Of a stretch of 64,000 nucleotides of DNA, positions 1-9,265 are shown piece after piece (position 1 is the first letter of the stretch; every line of letters starts with the position of its first letter). The stretch is taken from NCBI GenBank assembly GCA_965216875.1, contig OZ244207.1:4544001-4608000 (forward strand). Direction: 5' to 3'. The notes under the pieces were generated by a model. That model was not told the DNA's origin and ran no database searches. It saw nothing but the letters and a program-made list of their open reading frames with translations. This stretch comes from Rubripirellula sp. GTDB taxonomy: Bacteria; Planctomycetota; Planctomycetia; Pirellulales; Pirellulaceae. The position numbers and the translations under genes are program-made.

Positions 1-1
1 C

Positions 2-82
2 AAGTTCGACAACCTGTTGAAAGCAATCCAAAAGGATCTCGGCAAGAAACAGGACGGACTGCCGCCAATGAAAAACAAATGA
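2..82 (+). CDS. 3' end of an upstream gene (partial)
   Basis: Open frame KFDNLLKAIQKDLGKKQDGLPPMKNK* from the window edge to TGA at 80-82. Confidence 0.6.
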   Translation, partial: KFDNLLKAIQKDLGKKQDGLPPMKNK

Positions 83-150
83 TCGTGATTCGATCATCCA
101 TCAAGAAACAACTCTCAACCTACCTTTTCGCCTCCAATCAAACGAATCTC

Positions 151-1170
151 ATGCCGCAACTTCTACGCCTTGCAGTATTGGCTTGCTTTTGCACCGCCGC
201 GTCGCACGCTTGGTCCATTGACCGCGTCTACGACATGGCGGGTGACAACGTCAGTGGAGACGTGGTGAGCACGAGCAAGAACGGACTGAAACTCAAGAAA
301 GGAGGCAATACCCAGGACTTCGTTGCCGGGAACATCCTCAAAGTGATGTACCAGGGCGATCCGCCTCAATTGGTCAAGGCCCGCGAGTTCGCCGTGGATG
401 GTCAATACGAACAAGCGCTCGCCGAACTCAAGAACGTCAACAAAGAGAACATCGACCGAAAAGAGGTCAACGCGGACTACCTCTTTTACACCGTCCTGTG
501 CCAATCGAAACTCGCACTCTCTGGCAAAGGCGACAAAAAGGCTGCGGCAACCGCGATGTTCGAATTCGCGAAAGCCAACCAAGACACCTGGCACTTTTAC
601 AATGCAATGAAGTTGCTCGGTGACCTCGCACTTGCACTTAACGACCATGCCAATGCATTGAAGTACTACAAGATCCTTGCCAGCGCGCCGTCGTCGAACA
701 CCAAGATTGAATCGGTCTATCTCACCGGACTTGTGAATTTGAAGAAGGACGCGATCCCTGAAGCGACTGCCGACTTTGACAAAGTGATCGCGTTGCAACC
801 GCAGTCGCCGGTTGCCGCTCGACTGCAAACACTCGCCAAAGCAGGCAAAGCAGTCGCGTTGGCTCGCGGTGGCAGCGGTGACGAAGGCCTTTCGATGGTT
901 AAAGCGCTGATTGCTGACTTGAACCCAACCGATACCGAAATGGCCGCCCGTATCTACAACGCCCAAGGTGCCAGCTACGAAGCGAGTGGAGACAAGGAAG
1001 GTGCAATCATGGCCTACCTTCACACACACCTGATGTTTGCCACCCAACCTGATGCACACGCCGAGGCACTGACGAAATTGGCCGAACTTTGGCCACAGGT
1101 TGGCAAACCAGAACGCGCGGCCGAAGCGCGCCAAGAACTGCAGAACCGTTATCCAGGATTCAACAAGTAG
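151..1170 (+). CDS. Exported tetratricopeptide-repeat protein
   Basis: Signal-peptide-like N-terminus from ATG 151 (MPQLLRLAVLACFCTAASHA); repeated TPR-like helices (e.g. MAARIYNAQGASYEASGDKEGAIMAYLH). Confidence 0.75.
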   Translation: MPQLLRLAVLACFCTAASHAWSIDRVYDMAGDNVSGDVVSTSKNGLKLKKGGNTQDFVAGNILKVMYQGDPPQLVKAREFAVDGQYEQALAELKNVNKENIDRKEVNADYLFYTVLCQSKLALSGKGDKKAAATAMFEFAKANQDTWHFYNAMKLLGDLALALNDHANALKYYKILASAPSSNTKIESVYLTGLVNLKKDAIPEATADFDKVIALQPQSPVAARLQTLAKAGKAVALARGGSGDEGLSMVKALIADLNPTDTEMAARIYNAQGASYEASGDKEGAIMAYLHTHLMFATQPDAHAEALTKLAELWPQVGKPERAAEARQELQNRYPGFNK

Positions 1171-1175
1171 GTGCT

Positions 1176-1396
1176 GTAGCGACGCTCGCCAGCCGTTTCG
1201 TGAGCCGAATGCAACAGCGTTACAGATCGCTAGTGCGATTCCAGCAGCAGAAATCCTTGCCCAAGTCCACACAATTGCGCCACGATCGCGTAAGCGGCCG
1301 GGCCTTAATCGCCTTCACCCTAGCTGCGCGTCGGCAAGGGCCCGAGGCCTGACGGCCAGCGGCTCACGGGCACTGCCCAAACTGCGCAAGAAGTTG
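1176..1396. repeat. Composite intergenic repeat: truncated GTAG-REP, GTGAGCC-type REP and a ~155 bp element also present inverted at 23073-23227
   Basis: By-eye alignment of 1241-1396 with the reverse complement of 23073-23227 gives roughly 85-90% identity. Confidence 0.85.
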
Positions 1397-1440
1397 GTTG
1401 AAGGTTTCATGCACCACATGACCTGCAATCCTGCCCAGCG

Positions 1441-1953
1441 ATGGCTTCGATGACTGCTGACGTCAATCCCTATCAGGTGACCACGGAAACGCTGGTTCGA
1501 AATCCTGCGTTGGATCCGATTCAAGCGATCCCGCGGTGGCTGCAGATCGTCGTGATCATCGTTCAAACCTTCGTCGGCTTGGCAACGCTGGCGGCGTGCA
1601 TCGACATCGAGTCGATTACGGTATCAGGCCCGATTCTGTTTTGTATCGGCCTGGTGCTACTTCTCGTCACGCGTCGCAGACGTTTCGGATTCGAATGGGT
1701 CGCGTTATGGCACACGATCTTCCCGGTCTTCATTGTTGTATTGATTTGGGTCCAGAGCTGGAGCCCCTCTGAAGCTCAGGTCCCGGTCAGTGTGATTTGC
1801 GGAATCTACGCGTTGATCATTTCACTAATGGTTCTGCGAATCCTGCGACGAAACCGTGTCGCGGTGCAGCAGCCCGATGCCAGTTTCGCCGAATCGATGA
1901 CCGTCCCCGACACATCGAGCACCGACGCATTGCCGGCGGAAGCGAGCGAATAG
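1441..1953 (+). CDS. Hypothetical membrane protein (~4 TM helices)
   Basis: NPY motif at N-terminus, four hydrophobic stretches, acidic tail. Confidence 0.65.
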   Translation: MASMTADVNPYQVTTETLVRNPALDPIQAIPRWLQIVVIIVQTFVGLATLAACIDIESITVSGPILFCIGLVLLLVTRRRRFGFEWVALWHTIFPVFIVVLIWVQSWSPSEAQVPVSVICGIYALIISLMVLRILRRNRVAVQQPDASFAESMTVPDTSSTDALPAEASE

Positions 1954-2249
1954 GAGGACTGTACGGATTTTGCGGGCGTTTTAGCTTGTCCCGGTTCGTA
2001 GTCACGCCTTCAGAAGCCATTTGGCGGAAGAGCCTGAAGATGGCCAAAGCCCGGTACGACGAACACGTGACCTACGCCATTTCAGAGTTCCGGTTTCGCG
2101 GGGGGCAAGGTGACACTTTTTTCGCGTTCGCACGATCAATGGTGGAGGATGCCAGAGTACCTTTGCTAGACTATCCTGTTCTTGAGGGATACGGGCGCTG
2201 TCCCGATTTCCTGCCTCCCCCAAAACACTTCTCTTGGAGAGCTTCGTTG

Positions 2250-3182
2250 ATGTCCGACGCTTGCGGTTCGCTCCTTCGTTTTGCAACTCGAGTTTCATCG
2301 TCCGCCGATATCCGCCAGATGCTGCGATTGACGGTGGTCATGCTTAGCTTGGTTGCAACCTTCTCGGTCGCCTCAGTTGGCTTGGCCCAAGACGACGCGG
2401 CAGCCGAATTCGGCGAGGCGGAACCAGCGCCGGCGGAAGCCGAACCTGCAGCCGATGACGGTGCTGGCGACGGTGGCGGCGACCAGCCAGCCGCGGGTAA
2501 TGGCGGAGGCAACGCCGGCGGCGGTGCTGCTCCGAAACCAAAACAAAACCTTCTCGGATGGGTGATCAGTTCACTTGGCTGGGGATACCTTGGCATTTTC
2601 CTGGCGATCTCGGTCACACTCGTTTCGTTGTTCGTGATGAACATGCTGGCCGCTCGCCGCGAAACGCTTTGCCCACAGGAATTGGTTGACACGTTCGAAG
2701 AAAAGCTGAACGAAAAAGAATTCCAAGCTGCCTACGACATGGCCCGCACCGACGAATCGGTTCTTGGCCAAGTCCTCTCGGCTGGTTTGGCAAAGCTCTC
2801 ACGTGGCTACAACAAAGCACTCGAAGGAATGCAAGAAGTTGGCGAAGAAGAGAGCATGAAGCTCGAACATCGACTCAGCTACATGGCGTTGATCGGAAAC
2901 ATCAGCCCCATGATCGGCTTGTTCGGAACGGTCCACGGGATGATCGCGGCTTTCCAAGAGATTGCTCTCGGTGGTGCAACGCCAAAGCCAGCTGAACTTG
3001 CGGAAGGGATTTCGACCGCCTTGTTTACAACCCTTGTTGGTCTGGCGATCGCGATTCCGGCGATTGCGGCCTACAACGTTTTGCGCAACCGCGTCACTCG
3101 GTTGCTTTTGGAAGTTGGCGTCACCAGTGAAAACTTGATGAGCCGCTTTGAAGACTTCCAACCTCAGGGAGCCAAGAAGTAG
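2250..3182 (+). CDS. exbB: MotA/TolQ/ExbB proton channel family protein
   Basis: ISPMIGLFGTVHGMIAAF and LAEGISTALFTTLVGLAIAIP motifs; start placed after GGAG near 2236 (uncertain). Confidence 0.9.
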   Translation: MSDACGSLLRFATRVSSSADIRQMLRLTVVMLSLVATFSVASVGLAQDDAAAEFGEAEPAPAEAEPAADDGAGDGGGDQPAAGNGGGNAGGGAAPKPKQNLLGWVISSLGWGYLGIFLAISVTLVSLFVMNMLAARRETLCPQELVDTFEEKLNEKEFQAAYDMARTDESVLGQVLSAGLAKLSRGYNKALEGMQEVGEEESMKLEHRLSYMALIGNISPMIGLFGTVHGMIAAFQEIALGGATPKPAELAEGISTALFTTLVGLAIAIPAIAAYNVLRNRVTRLLLEVGVTSENLMSRFEDFQPQGAKK

Positions 3183-3620
3183 ATGCGCGTCAAATCGAAA
3201 GAAGTCGATTTGGCCGAAGGCGACCTGACGCCAATGATCGACATGACCTTTCAGTTGATCGCATTCTTCATGGTGCTGATCAACTTCACACAGACTGAGG
3301 CGAATGACAAAGTCAAATTGCCCAGCAGTCAGTTGGTCAAACCGCCGGAAGCTCCGCTGGAGTTTCCGATCATCCTGCACGTCGCTCGCGACGGCGCGGT
3401 CGTCCTTGGTGGAGAAGACTACACCCCCGAAACGTTGCGTGTTGGCCTGTTGCCCGAAATCCGCGTGATCACCGCACAGGGCAAAACACCGCAAGATGCC
3501 AATGTCGTCATCCGTGCACACAAGGATTGTGCGACGGGCGATGTCCAGGAAGTGATTCGAGTTGCCCAGGAGCAAAACCTCGAGAACTTTGCGCTCCGGG
3601 TGAAGGAGGACAGGTCATGA
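3183..3620 (+). CDS. exbD: ExbD/TolR family protein
   Basis: DLTPMIDMTFQLIAFFMV TM motif; VVIRAH...VQEVI. Confidence 0.9.
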   Translation: MRVKSKEVDLAEGDLTPMIDMTFQLIAFFMVLINFTQTEANDKVKLPSSQLVKPPEAPLEFPIILHVARDGAVVLGGEDYTPETLRVGLLPEIRVITAQGKTPQDANVVIRAHKDCATGDVQEVIRVAQEQNLENFALRVKEDRS

Positions 3621-4096
3621 GAATTCGCAACCGCGAACAAGGCCAGAAGGGCCAGTTGAACATGACCAGCATGATCGACATCGTCTTTCTGCTGCTCGTC
3701 TTCTTTGTCATGACGTTCAAGATCGTCGAGCTCGAGGGCGACTTTAGCGTCCGGATGCCGCTTGCGGGCAGCGACAACAACAGTAATGTCGATCCCACCG
3801 ACCTGCCGCTGAAATTGCGTCTGGTCGCCGATGGCGATGGCAAACTGGTCCGCATGTCGCTCAATGAGATCGATTTGGGTACCGATTTCGACCAATTGCG
3901 AGCCAATGTCGTCTCGCTGGTTGGAACCACCGCCCCGATCGAGGGTGAAGATGGCCCCGAAATCGAGATCGATACCGACTACAACCTTCGCTACGAGAAT
4001 GTGATTCGGGCGATCACCGCAGTCAGCGGGTACAAAGATGGCGAACAAGTTGTCAAACTGATCGAAAGGATCAAGTTTGCCAAACCTCGCCGATAG
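3617..4096 (+). CDS. exbD: Second ExbD/TolR family protein
   Basis: NMTSMIDIVFLLLVFFVMT motif; ATGA overlap with previous gene; RBS AGGAGG. Confidence 0.9.
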   Translation: MRIRNREQGQKGQLNMTSMIDIVFLLLVFFVMTFKIVELEGDFSVRMPLAGSDNNSNVDPTDLPLKLRLVADGDGKLVRMSLNEIDLGTDFDQLRANVVSLVGTTAPIEGEDGPEIEIDTDYNLRYENVIRAITAVSGYKDGEQVVKLIERIKFAKPRR

Positions 4097-4102
4097 CTTT
4101 CC

Positions 4103-4693
4103 GTGATACTGCTGCTCGACAATTACGACTCGTTCGTTCACAACCTTGCCCGCTATTTGCGGCAAATCGATTGTGAAACCGTTGTCGTGCGCAGCGACCA
4201 GATCGATGTGGCAGGGTGCCGAGAACTGGCCCCCCAGGCGATCATCCTTTCCCCGGGGCCCAAACGCCCCGAACAGGCCGGCTGCTGCCTCGACGTCATT
4301 GCCGAGCTCTCTTCCAGCACACCGATGCTCGGCGTCTGCCTAGGCCACCAAGCGATTGGTATGGCCTTTGGCGGAGTCGTCCTACGGTGCGGTCCGATGC
4401 ATGGGATGTCCAGCGAGATCCATCACAACGGCGAAGACCTTTTTCAAGGTTGCCCATCGCCGATGACCGTTGCCCGCTACCACTCGCTCGCCATCGACCC
4501 GGATCATCTGCCGCAAGATCTTGAGGTGACCGCGACCACTGAGGACGGTGTCATTATGGGCGTGAGACATCGAACCCGTCCCGTTTTTGGTGTCCAGTTC
4601 CATCCTGAATCGGTCCTCACACCGCATGGGATGGCGACGCTCGACAACTTCGTTTCGATCGTCGCGTCACTGCGAGGGACGGCGGCGCTGTGA
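4103..4693 (+). CDS. pabA: Aminodeoxychorismate/anthranilate synthase component II (class I glutamine amidotransferase)
   Basis: LDNYDSF, SPGP, GVCLGHQ, RYHSL, QFHPES; location next to mptG favours PabA over TrpG. Confidence 0.9.
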   Translation: MILLLDNYDSFVHNLARYLRQIDCETVVVRSDQIDVAGCRELAPQAIILSPGPKRPEQAGCCLDVIAELSSSTPMLGVCLGHQAIGMAFGGVVLRCGPMHGMSSEIHHNGEDLFQGCPSPMTVARYHSLAIDPDHLPQDLEVTATTEDGVIMGVRHRTRPVFGVQFHPESVLTPHGMATLDNFVSIVASLRGTAAL

Positions 4694-5277
4694 TCTTGGA
4701 AACGATTGTCACATCGACCGATCAACAAGGTCGAGTCAACGTGGCGCCAATGGGGCCACGTGTCGATTCGTTTTCGGGAGACCTGCCAAACTTTGTACTG
4801 CGCCCGTTCAAGTCCTCACGCACCTACGAGAACTTACTGGCGACTCGAGAGGCGGTCATCCATTTCACTGACGACGTCAGCCTCTTTTCAAAGGCGGCCG
4901 TCGGTGCACTCACAGACGACGACATCCAACAATGCGTCGAACCGATCGCCGACACAGGGCTTTGGCGTTTGAAGGATTGCCACCGCTGGTTTGCGATTTC
5001 GGTCGATTCCATTGTCGACCAAGAATTGAAAGTCGAAATGCACTGCAAGGTAAACGACTCCCAGGCGGTGCGCCCTTGGTTTGGTTTCAACCGCGCAAAG
5101 CACGCGGTCATCGAAGCCGCGATTTTGGCGACACGAACGCATCTTCTGGATGCGGACGAGATCGAGAGCGAACTGAGCCGCCTGCAACCACTCATCGACA
5201 AGACGGCTGGCCCGGTCGAACATGATGCGTTTGAGTTCCTGAGAAAGACCATCCATGAGCGACTGGCCAACGGTTAA
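4690..5277 (+). CDS. DUF447 family protein (methanopterin-biosynthesis associated)
   Basis: ILETIVT...NVAPMG, RPF.SSRTYENL, GFNRAKHAVIEAAILATR. Confidence 0.8.
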   Translation: MILETIVTSTDQQGRVNVAPMGPRVDSFSGDLPNFVLRPFKSSRTYENLLATREAVIHFTDDVSLFSKAAVGALTDDDIQQCVEPIADTGLWRLKDCHRWFAISVDSIVDQELKVEMHCKVNDSQAVRPWFGFNRAKHAVIEAAILATRTHLLDADEIESELSRLQPLIDKTAGPVEHDAFEFLRKTIHERLANG

Positions 5278-6292
5278 AACCGATCAAGCCACAGGCAAAC
5301 GGTACCGCGTTGTGACGGGCGCCCGGCTGCATCTTGGGCTGCTCGACATTGCGTCGCCGTTTGGCGGAATCGGGCTGATGGTCGAAGATCCAGCAACGGA
5401 ACTGGTCGTAACTCCTTCTGCGACTTGGGCCTGCCGCTTCGCTGCCGCAGACGCGAGCGACCAAGCTCTCCAAGAGGACGCAGCCCAACAAGAGCCCACA
5501 ACTCAACAAGAGCTCGATGCGCGGCTGCGACCGATCGCAGCAGCCGTTGCAAAACTTGCACAACTCGACCGCCTTCCGAATTGCACACTCGAAGTGATTC
5601 GCCGCCCCCATGCTCATTGTGGTCTTGGCAGCGGGACGCAACTCGCATTGGCCGCGGCCGACCTGATGAGCCGGTACGTTGACCTCAAGCCCGACTGGCG
5701 CACCCTCGCCGTCGACATCGCGGGCCGCGGCAAGCGATCCGCCGTCGGGATCCATGGCTATTTTCATGGCGGGCTGATCTACGAAGACGCAAACGAACCT
5801 TGCGACATCAACCCGATCGTCCAACGGGTCGAACTGCCACAGCAATGGAGCATCTTGATTGCCCGCCCGCGCGAGGATGCATCGTTGGTCAGTGGAGACG
5901 CCGAACGGAAACAGTTCGCCACACTCGCGGAGACTGCCGGCCAAGCCAAGGGACAACTACAAGGAATCGCCAGGGACCAGCTCGTCCCCGCGGCCCAAGC
6001 GGGTGAATTCGATGCGTTCACTGAATCGGTCGCCCGTTACAATCACGCCAGTGGAATGCTGTTTGCATCCGTTCAAGGTGGGCCGTACCACGGATCAGCA
6101 GTCGCTCGATTGGTCGACCAGCTCAATCGAGTCGGCGGCCGCGGGGTAGGGCAGAGCAGTTGGGGTCCAGGAGTTTTCGCCTGGTTCCGATCCCTGAAAG
6201 AAGCGCAATCGGCGTCGCAAGCGATTTCAGAAACAGCCACAACGATCGCCATCACGCGACCTCAAAACGCCGGTACGTCATGCTCCGCATGA
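5255..6292 (+). CDS. mptG: beta-ribofuranosylaminobenzene 5'-phosphate (beta-RFAP) synthase, GHMP superfamily
   Basis: ARLHLGLLD, PHAHCGLGSGTQLALA, RGKRSAVGIHGYFHGG, GQSSWGP motifs. Confidence 0.85.
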   Translation: MSDWPTVKTDQATGKRYRVVTGARLHLGLLDIASPFGGIGLMVEDPATELVVTPSATWACRFAAADASDQALQEDAAQQEPTTQQELDARLRPIAAAVAKLAQLDRLPNCTLEVIRRPHAHCGLGSGTQLALAAADLMSRYVDLKPDWRTLAVDIAGRGKRSAVGIHGYFHGGLIYEDANEPCDINPIVQRVELPQQWSILIARPREDASLVSGDAERKQFATLAETAGQAKGQLQGIARDQLVPAAQAGEFDAFTESVARYNHASGMLFASVQGGPYHGSAVARLVDQLNRVGGRGVGQSSWGPGVFAWFRSLKEAQSASQAISETATTIAITRPQNAGTSCSA

Positions 6293-6380
6293 CAATGAAC
6301 AGGTAAGACCGGCGGCTAGCGCCTTGCCGCTCACGATGTGTCGTTCTCTCATCCGTGTGATTCGTGTGATCCGTGGTTCC
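6273..6380. repeat. REP cluster between convergent genes
   Basis: GTCATGCTCCGCATGAC hairpin (contains the mptG stop), CCGGCGGCTAGCGCCTTGCCGCTCACG, and 9-mer repeats (AT(C/T)CGTGTG). Confidence 0.7.
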
Positions 6381-6425
6381 TTCTTTGCCACGCCCGAGCT
6401 TGCCGCTCACGGACCTTGATTGAAC

Positions 6426-8051
6426 CTACTCGTGCTCAAACTCGACCGGTTCATTCGCTGGTGGGTAAAAAGACCAACCAACGAGCAGCAATCCGGCAGC
6501 GAAATACCCCGCCGCGAATTCAAAGACGCTGGCGCGAAGCGCCGGCTCGAGCACAAACCCGCCCCAGCTTTCAGGACCGATCGGAACAAAGAGTTGATTG
6601 CCAACGAGCGGCGAATGGATCACGCCAAATAGCGTCATGGCACTCGCGATGAACATCACGACGGCCCCGGTGATCAACTTGCGATCAATGACGGCGGCGA
6701 GCATCCACGCCCAAAGAAGGCTGGTCAAAATAAAGCTGCTGCTAAGCATCCCCAACGTACTGATGTTCTTCTGCAACTGCTCGGGCAACTCTGCGGGGTT
6801 CACACCGGCGCCAAACATTTGCCCTGGAATGTTCATTGATAGAAACGCGAGGGCTGGCAAGCACGCAAATGCAACCGCAGCGTAGTGGCGGCGCGGCGTG
6901 GCAAGAAAACTTTGCGCCGAGATTTCGAGACCGACAAAGACCAAAATCGGATAGACCGCGGGCGCGGGTATCAAAGACTGCAGAACGCCAAAGTACCCAA
7001 CCAAACCTGCCGAACCCACCAACAGTGCCGTGCCAAGGGTGTAGGCAGCGCGTCCACCCATCGCCTTGTAGGCCGGATGTCCGATGTAGGGCGTTGTCTG
7101 AATCACGCCTCCCGAGAATCCCGCGATCAACGTCGCAACACCCTCGACACCAATCACCGATCGCGTGTCATAGTCGTCGCCCGCAGCCGCAGCACTTTCG
7201 GTACAGTCGATGCCGCCAACAATCGTCGCGATTGCAAAGGGCATTGCGATGGGCAAATAGGGAAGCGCGTCGTCAAACGACTGCAACCAGCCAAACTCCC
7301 ACGCTTGCAGCCAAGCCGTCGGAAACCACTCGACACTCGTGATTTCGGGATAGTGATAGCCCGTATTCGGAAACGCACACATCAAGTAGTAGACGGCACC
7401 GGCAACCAGCAACGCTCCCAGCGTTCCCGGCGTTCTTCCCGGCAGAGGGACGCGTGCGATCAATGCCGTCAGCACAATCACCAGCGCCAACATGCCAGGG
7501 AGCGGGTGTCCCAAGATTTCGAGCAACGGCAGGAAGCTGATCAGCACCAACGCGATCGCCGCGAGTGAACCGAGCAGGCCAGCACGTGGCACGATGCGAC
7601 GCACCCATTGAGCAAACGGAGCCGCGATCAACTTCAACACACCACTCAAGACGATGCACCAAATGCCGATGTGCCACGTGCGCGTCGCAGCATCGGCGGC
7701 AGCGAGGTTCAATCCTTCGGGATCAATTCCCTGAAGGAAAGACGGGCCAAGCACAAAGAGAATGATCCCAAAGGTTGATGGCGTATCGAGCCCCAGCGGC
7801 ATCGCCGTCACGTCGTCTCGACCGGTACGTTTGGCTAGCAGGAATGCGTAGATGAAAAACGCGAGGTCGCCGATCAGCACTCCGAGTGCCGTTCCAGGGA
7901 CCATCGAGGTCACGATGAAGTCGGTCGGCACGCCAAACCCTGACAGCAACGTCACCATCAGAAGCAATCCGGCGATGTTGTCGAGCATCAGCCCGAAGAA
8001 AGCGTTGACATCGCCCTTGCGGGCCCAGCGGTAGGAAGATTGCTCGCTCAA
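6426..8051 (-). CDS. Xanthine/uracil/vitamin C (NCS2-like) permease
   Basis: GDVNAFFGLMLDN, TAMPLGLDTPS, ESAAAAGDDY, TTPYIGHPAYKAMGGRAAY; many TM helices; start at TTG 8051 is inferred. Confidence 0.75.
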   Translation of the reverse strand: MSEQSSYRWARKGDVNAFFGLMLDNIAGLLLMVTLLSGFGVPTDFIVTSMVPGTALGVLIGDLAFFIYAFLLAKRTGRDDVTAMPLGLDTPSTFGIILFVLGPSFLQGIDPEGLNLAAADAATRTWHIGIWCIVLSGVLKLIAAPFAQWVRRIVPRAGLLGSLAAIALVLISFLPLLEILGHPLPGMLALVIVLTALIARVPLPGRTPGTLGALLVAGAVYYLMCAFPNTGYHYPEITSVEWFPTAWLQAWEFGWLQSFDDALPYLPIAMPFAIATIVGGIDCTESAAAAGDDYDTRSVIGVEGVATLIAGFSGGVIQTTPYIGHPAYKAMGGRAAYTLGTALLVGSAGLVGYFGVLQSLIPAPAVYPILVFVGLEISAQSFLATPRRHYAAVAFACLPALAFLSMNIPGQMFGAGVNPAELPEQLQKNISTLGMLSSSFILTSLLWAWMLAAVIDRKLITGAVVMFIASAMTLFGVIHSPLVGNQLFVPIGPESWGGFVLEPALRASVFEFAAGYFAAGLLLVGWSFYPPANEPVEFEHE

Positions 8052-8389
8052 CGTGCCAATGCCTGTTGGAAATCGCGGGATTTGCGGATCTTGGAGCCGT
8101 TTTTTAAGCGACCAGCAGACCTCGAACCAGACAGCCCGACCGGGGGGCGTCTCGATGAATTTTATGTTTTGGGAAAAAAATGCCCCAGAAAGTGGGTACG
8201 AAGGGCAGAAACCGTTTTGACGTGGCGCGAAATTCGGCGATACTGGTTGGCGGTTTGGGCGCCATCCAATGGTTTTCATTTTTCCTTTCCGGCGGATCGC
8301 TGGCATCCTAACCGCCCGTCGAAGCGAATTCATTTATCAGTTATTGATCATCCGCTTCTCTTCAAATCTCTTTTCGCACTGGGATTCCG

Positions 8390-9040
8390 ATGAATACCCA
8401 AACTCAAAACTCTCATGATGTCGAGTTGGCACCGGATTCGGTGGCACCGACGAGCGATGTTTCGGACGAAAGTCTGATCATCCAGTACCGACAGACTGGT
8501 GATCGCAAGCTTTACGAAACGTTGATGCGCCGCTACGAGCGCGAGATCTACAGCTACCTGCGCCGTTACATCGGCAGTGCAGAGATGGCCGAAGACGCAT
8601 TCCAGGGAACGTTCTTACAGGTCCACCTGAAGTGCAACCAGTTTGACCCATCACGTCGTTTCCGACCTTGGTTGTATGCCATTGCAACCAATCAAGCGAT
8701 TGACGTTCAACGGCGCAACAAACGCCATCGAATGGTCAGCCTTGATCGATCAGGAACGAACGAAAACGAGAATCGAGCCGGAAGCTGGTCCGAAAAGCTG
8801 GTGGGTGATTCACCCGACCCGCTGCGTACCGCGTCGGATCAAGAGAACAGCAACTGGGTTCACGAGTCGGTCGAGTCGCTTGGCGAACCGATGCAGCAAG
8901 TGATTCAGCTGGTCTATTACCAGGGACTCAAATACCGTGAAGCGGCCGATGCCCTGGGCATTCCCGTGGGCACGGTGAAGAGTCGACTCCACGCAGCAGT
9001 CCAGCGACTTGGCCTGCTTTGGGACGAGACTCACATGTAG
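8390..9040 (+). CDS. ECF RNA polymerase sigma factor
   Basis: AEDAFQGTF, FRPWLYAIATNQAID (region 2); YYQGLKYREAADALGIPVGTVKSRLH (region 4). Confidence 0.95.
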   Translation: MNTQTQNSHDVELAPDSVAPTSDVSDESLIIQYRQTGDRKLYETLMRRYEREIYSYLRRYIGSAEMAEDAFQGTFLQVHLKCNQFDPSRRFRPWLYAIATNQAIDVQRRNKRHRMVSLDRSGTNENENRAGSWSEKLVGDSPDPLRTASDQENSNWVHESVESLGEPMQQVIQLVYYQGLKYREAADALGIPVGTVKSRLHAAVQRLGLLWDETHM

Positions 9041-9265
9041 ATTCACGCGGTCCGATTGGGGGGCGAATCCCTTCTCGTCGCCCCTCACGGGACCGAATCC
9101 AAATGGCGAGAACCCCGTGTTTTACGGGGCTCGCCGACCTGAATCGCTTGGTTCATCGGCAAAGTTTGAACCAAGCCGCGGTTGTGCGCATAGTAAAGGC
9201 AACGGCGGTAGTCGCAGCGGGATGTTCTCGACTGCGAATGAGATACTTTGAAATCGTTACGGTTC

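Noticed and set aside
163..1272. 369-aa minus-strand ORF and similar antisense ORFs (12379-13347, 25025-25909, 47066-47905)
   Set aside because: Overlap well-supported genes on the other strand
1100..1453. Peptide AEILAQVHT...RARGLTASGSR shared with ORF 23000-23251, suggesting a small gene family
   Set aside because: Similarity follows from the repeated DNA element; no shared start, RBS or stop, and several changes are non-synonymous
1797..2249. Long N-terminal extensions in the ORF track (also 8052-8333, 40906-41067, 30655-30867)
   Set aside because: They overlap neighbours or promoter DNA; downstream starts fit RBS, signal peptides or domain boundaries better
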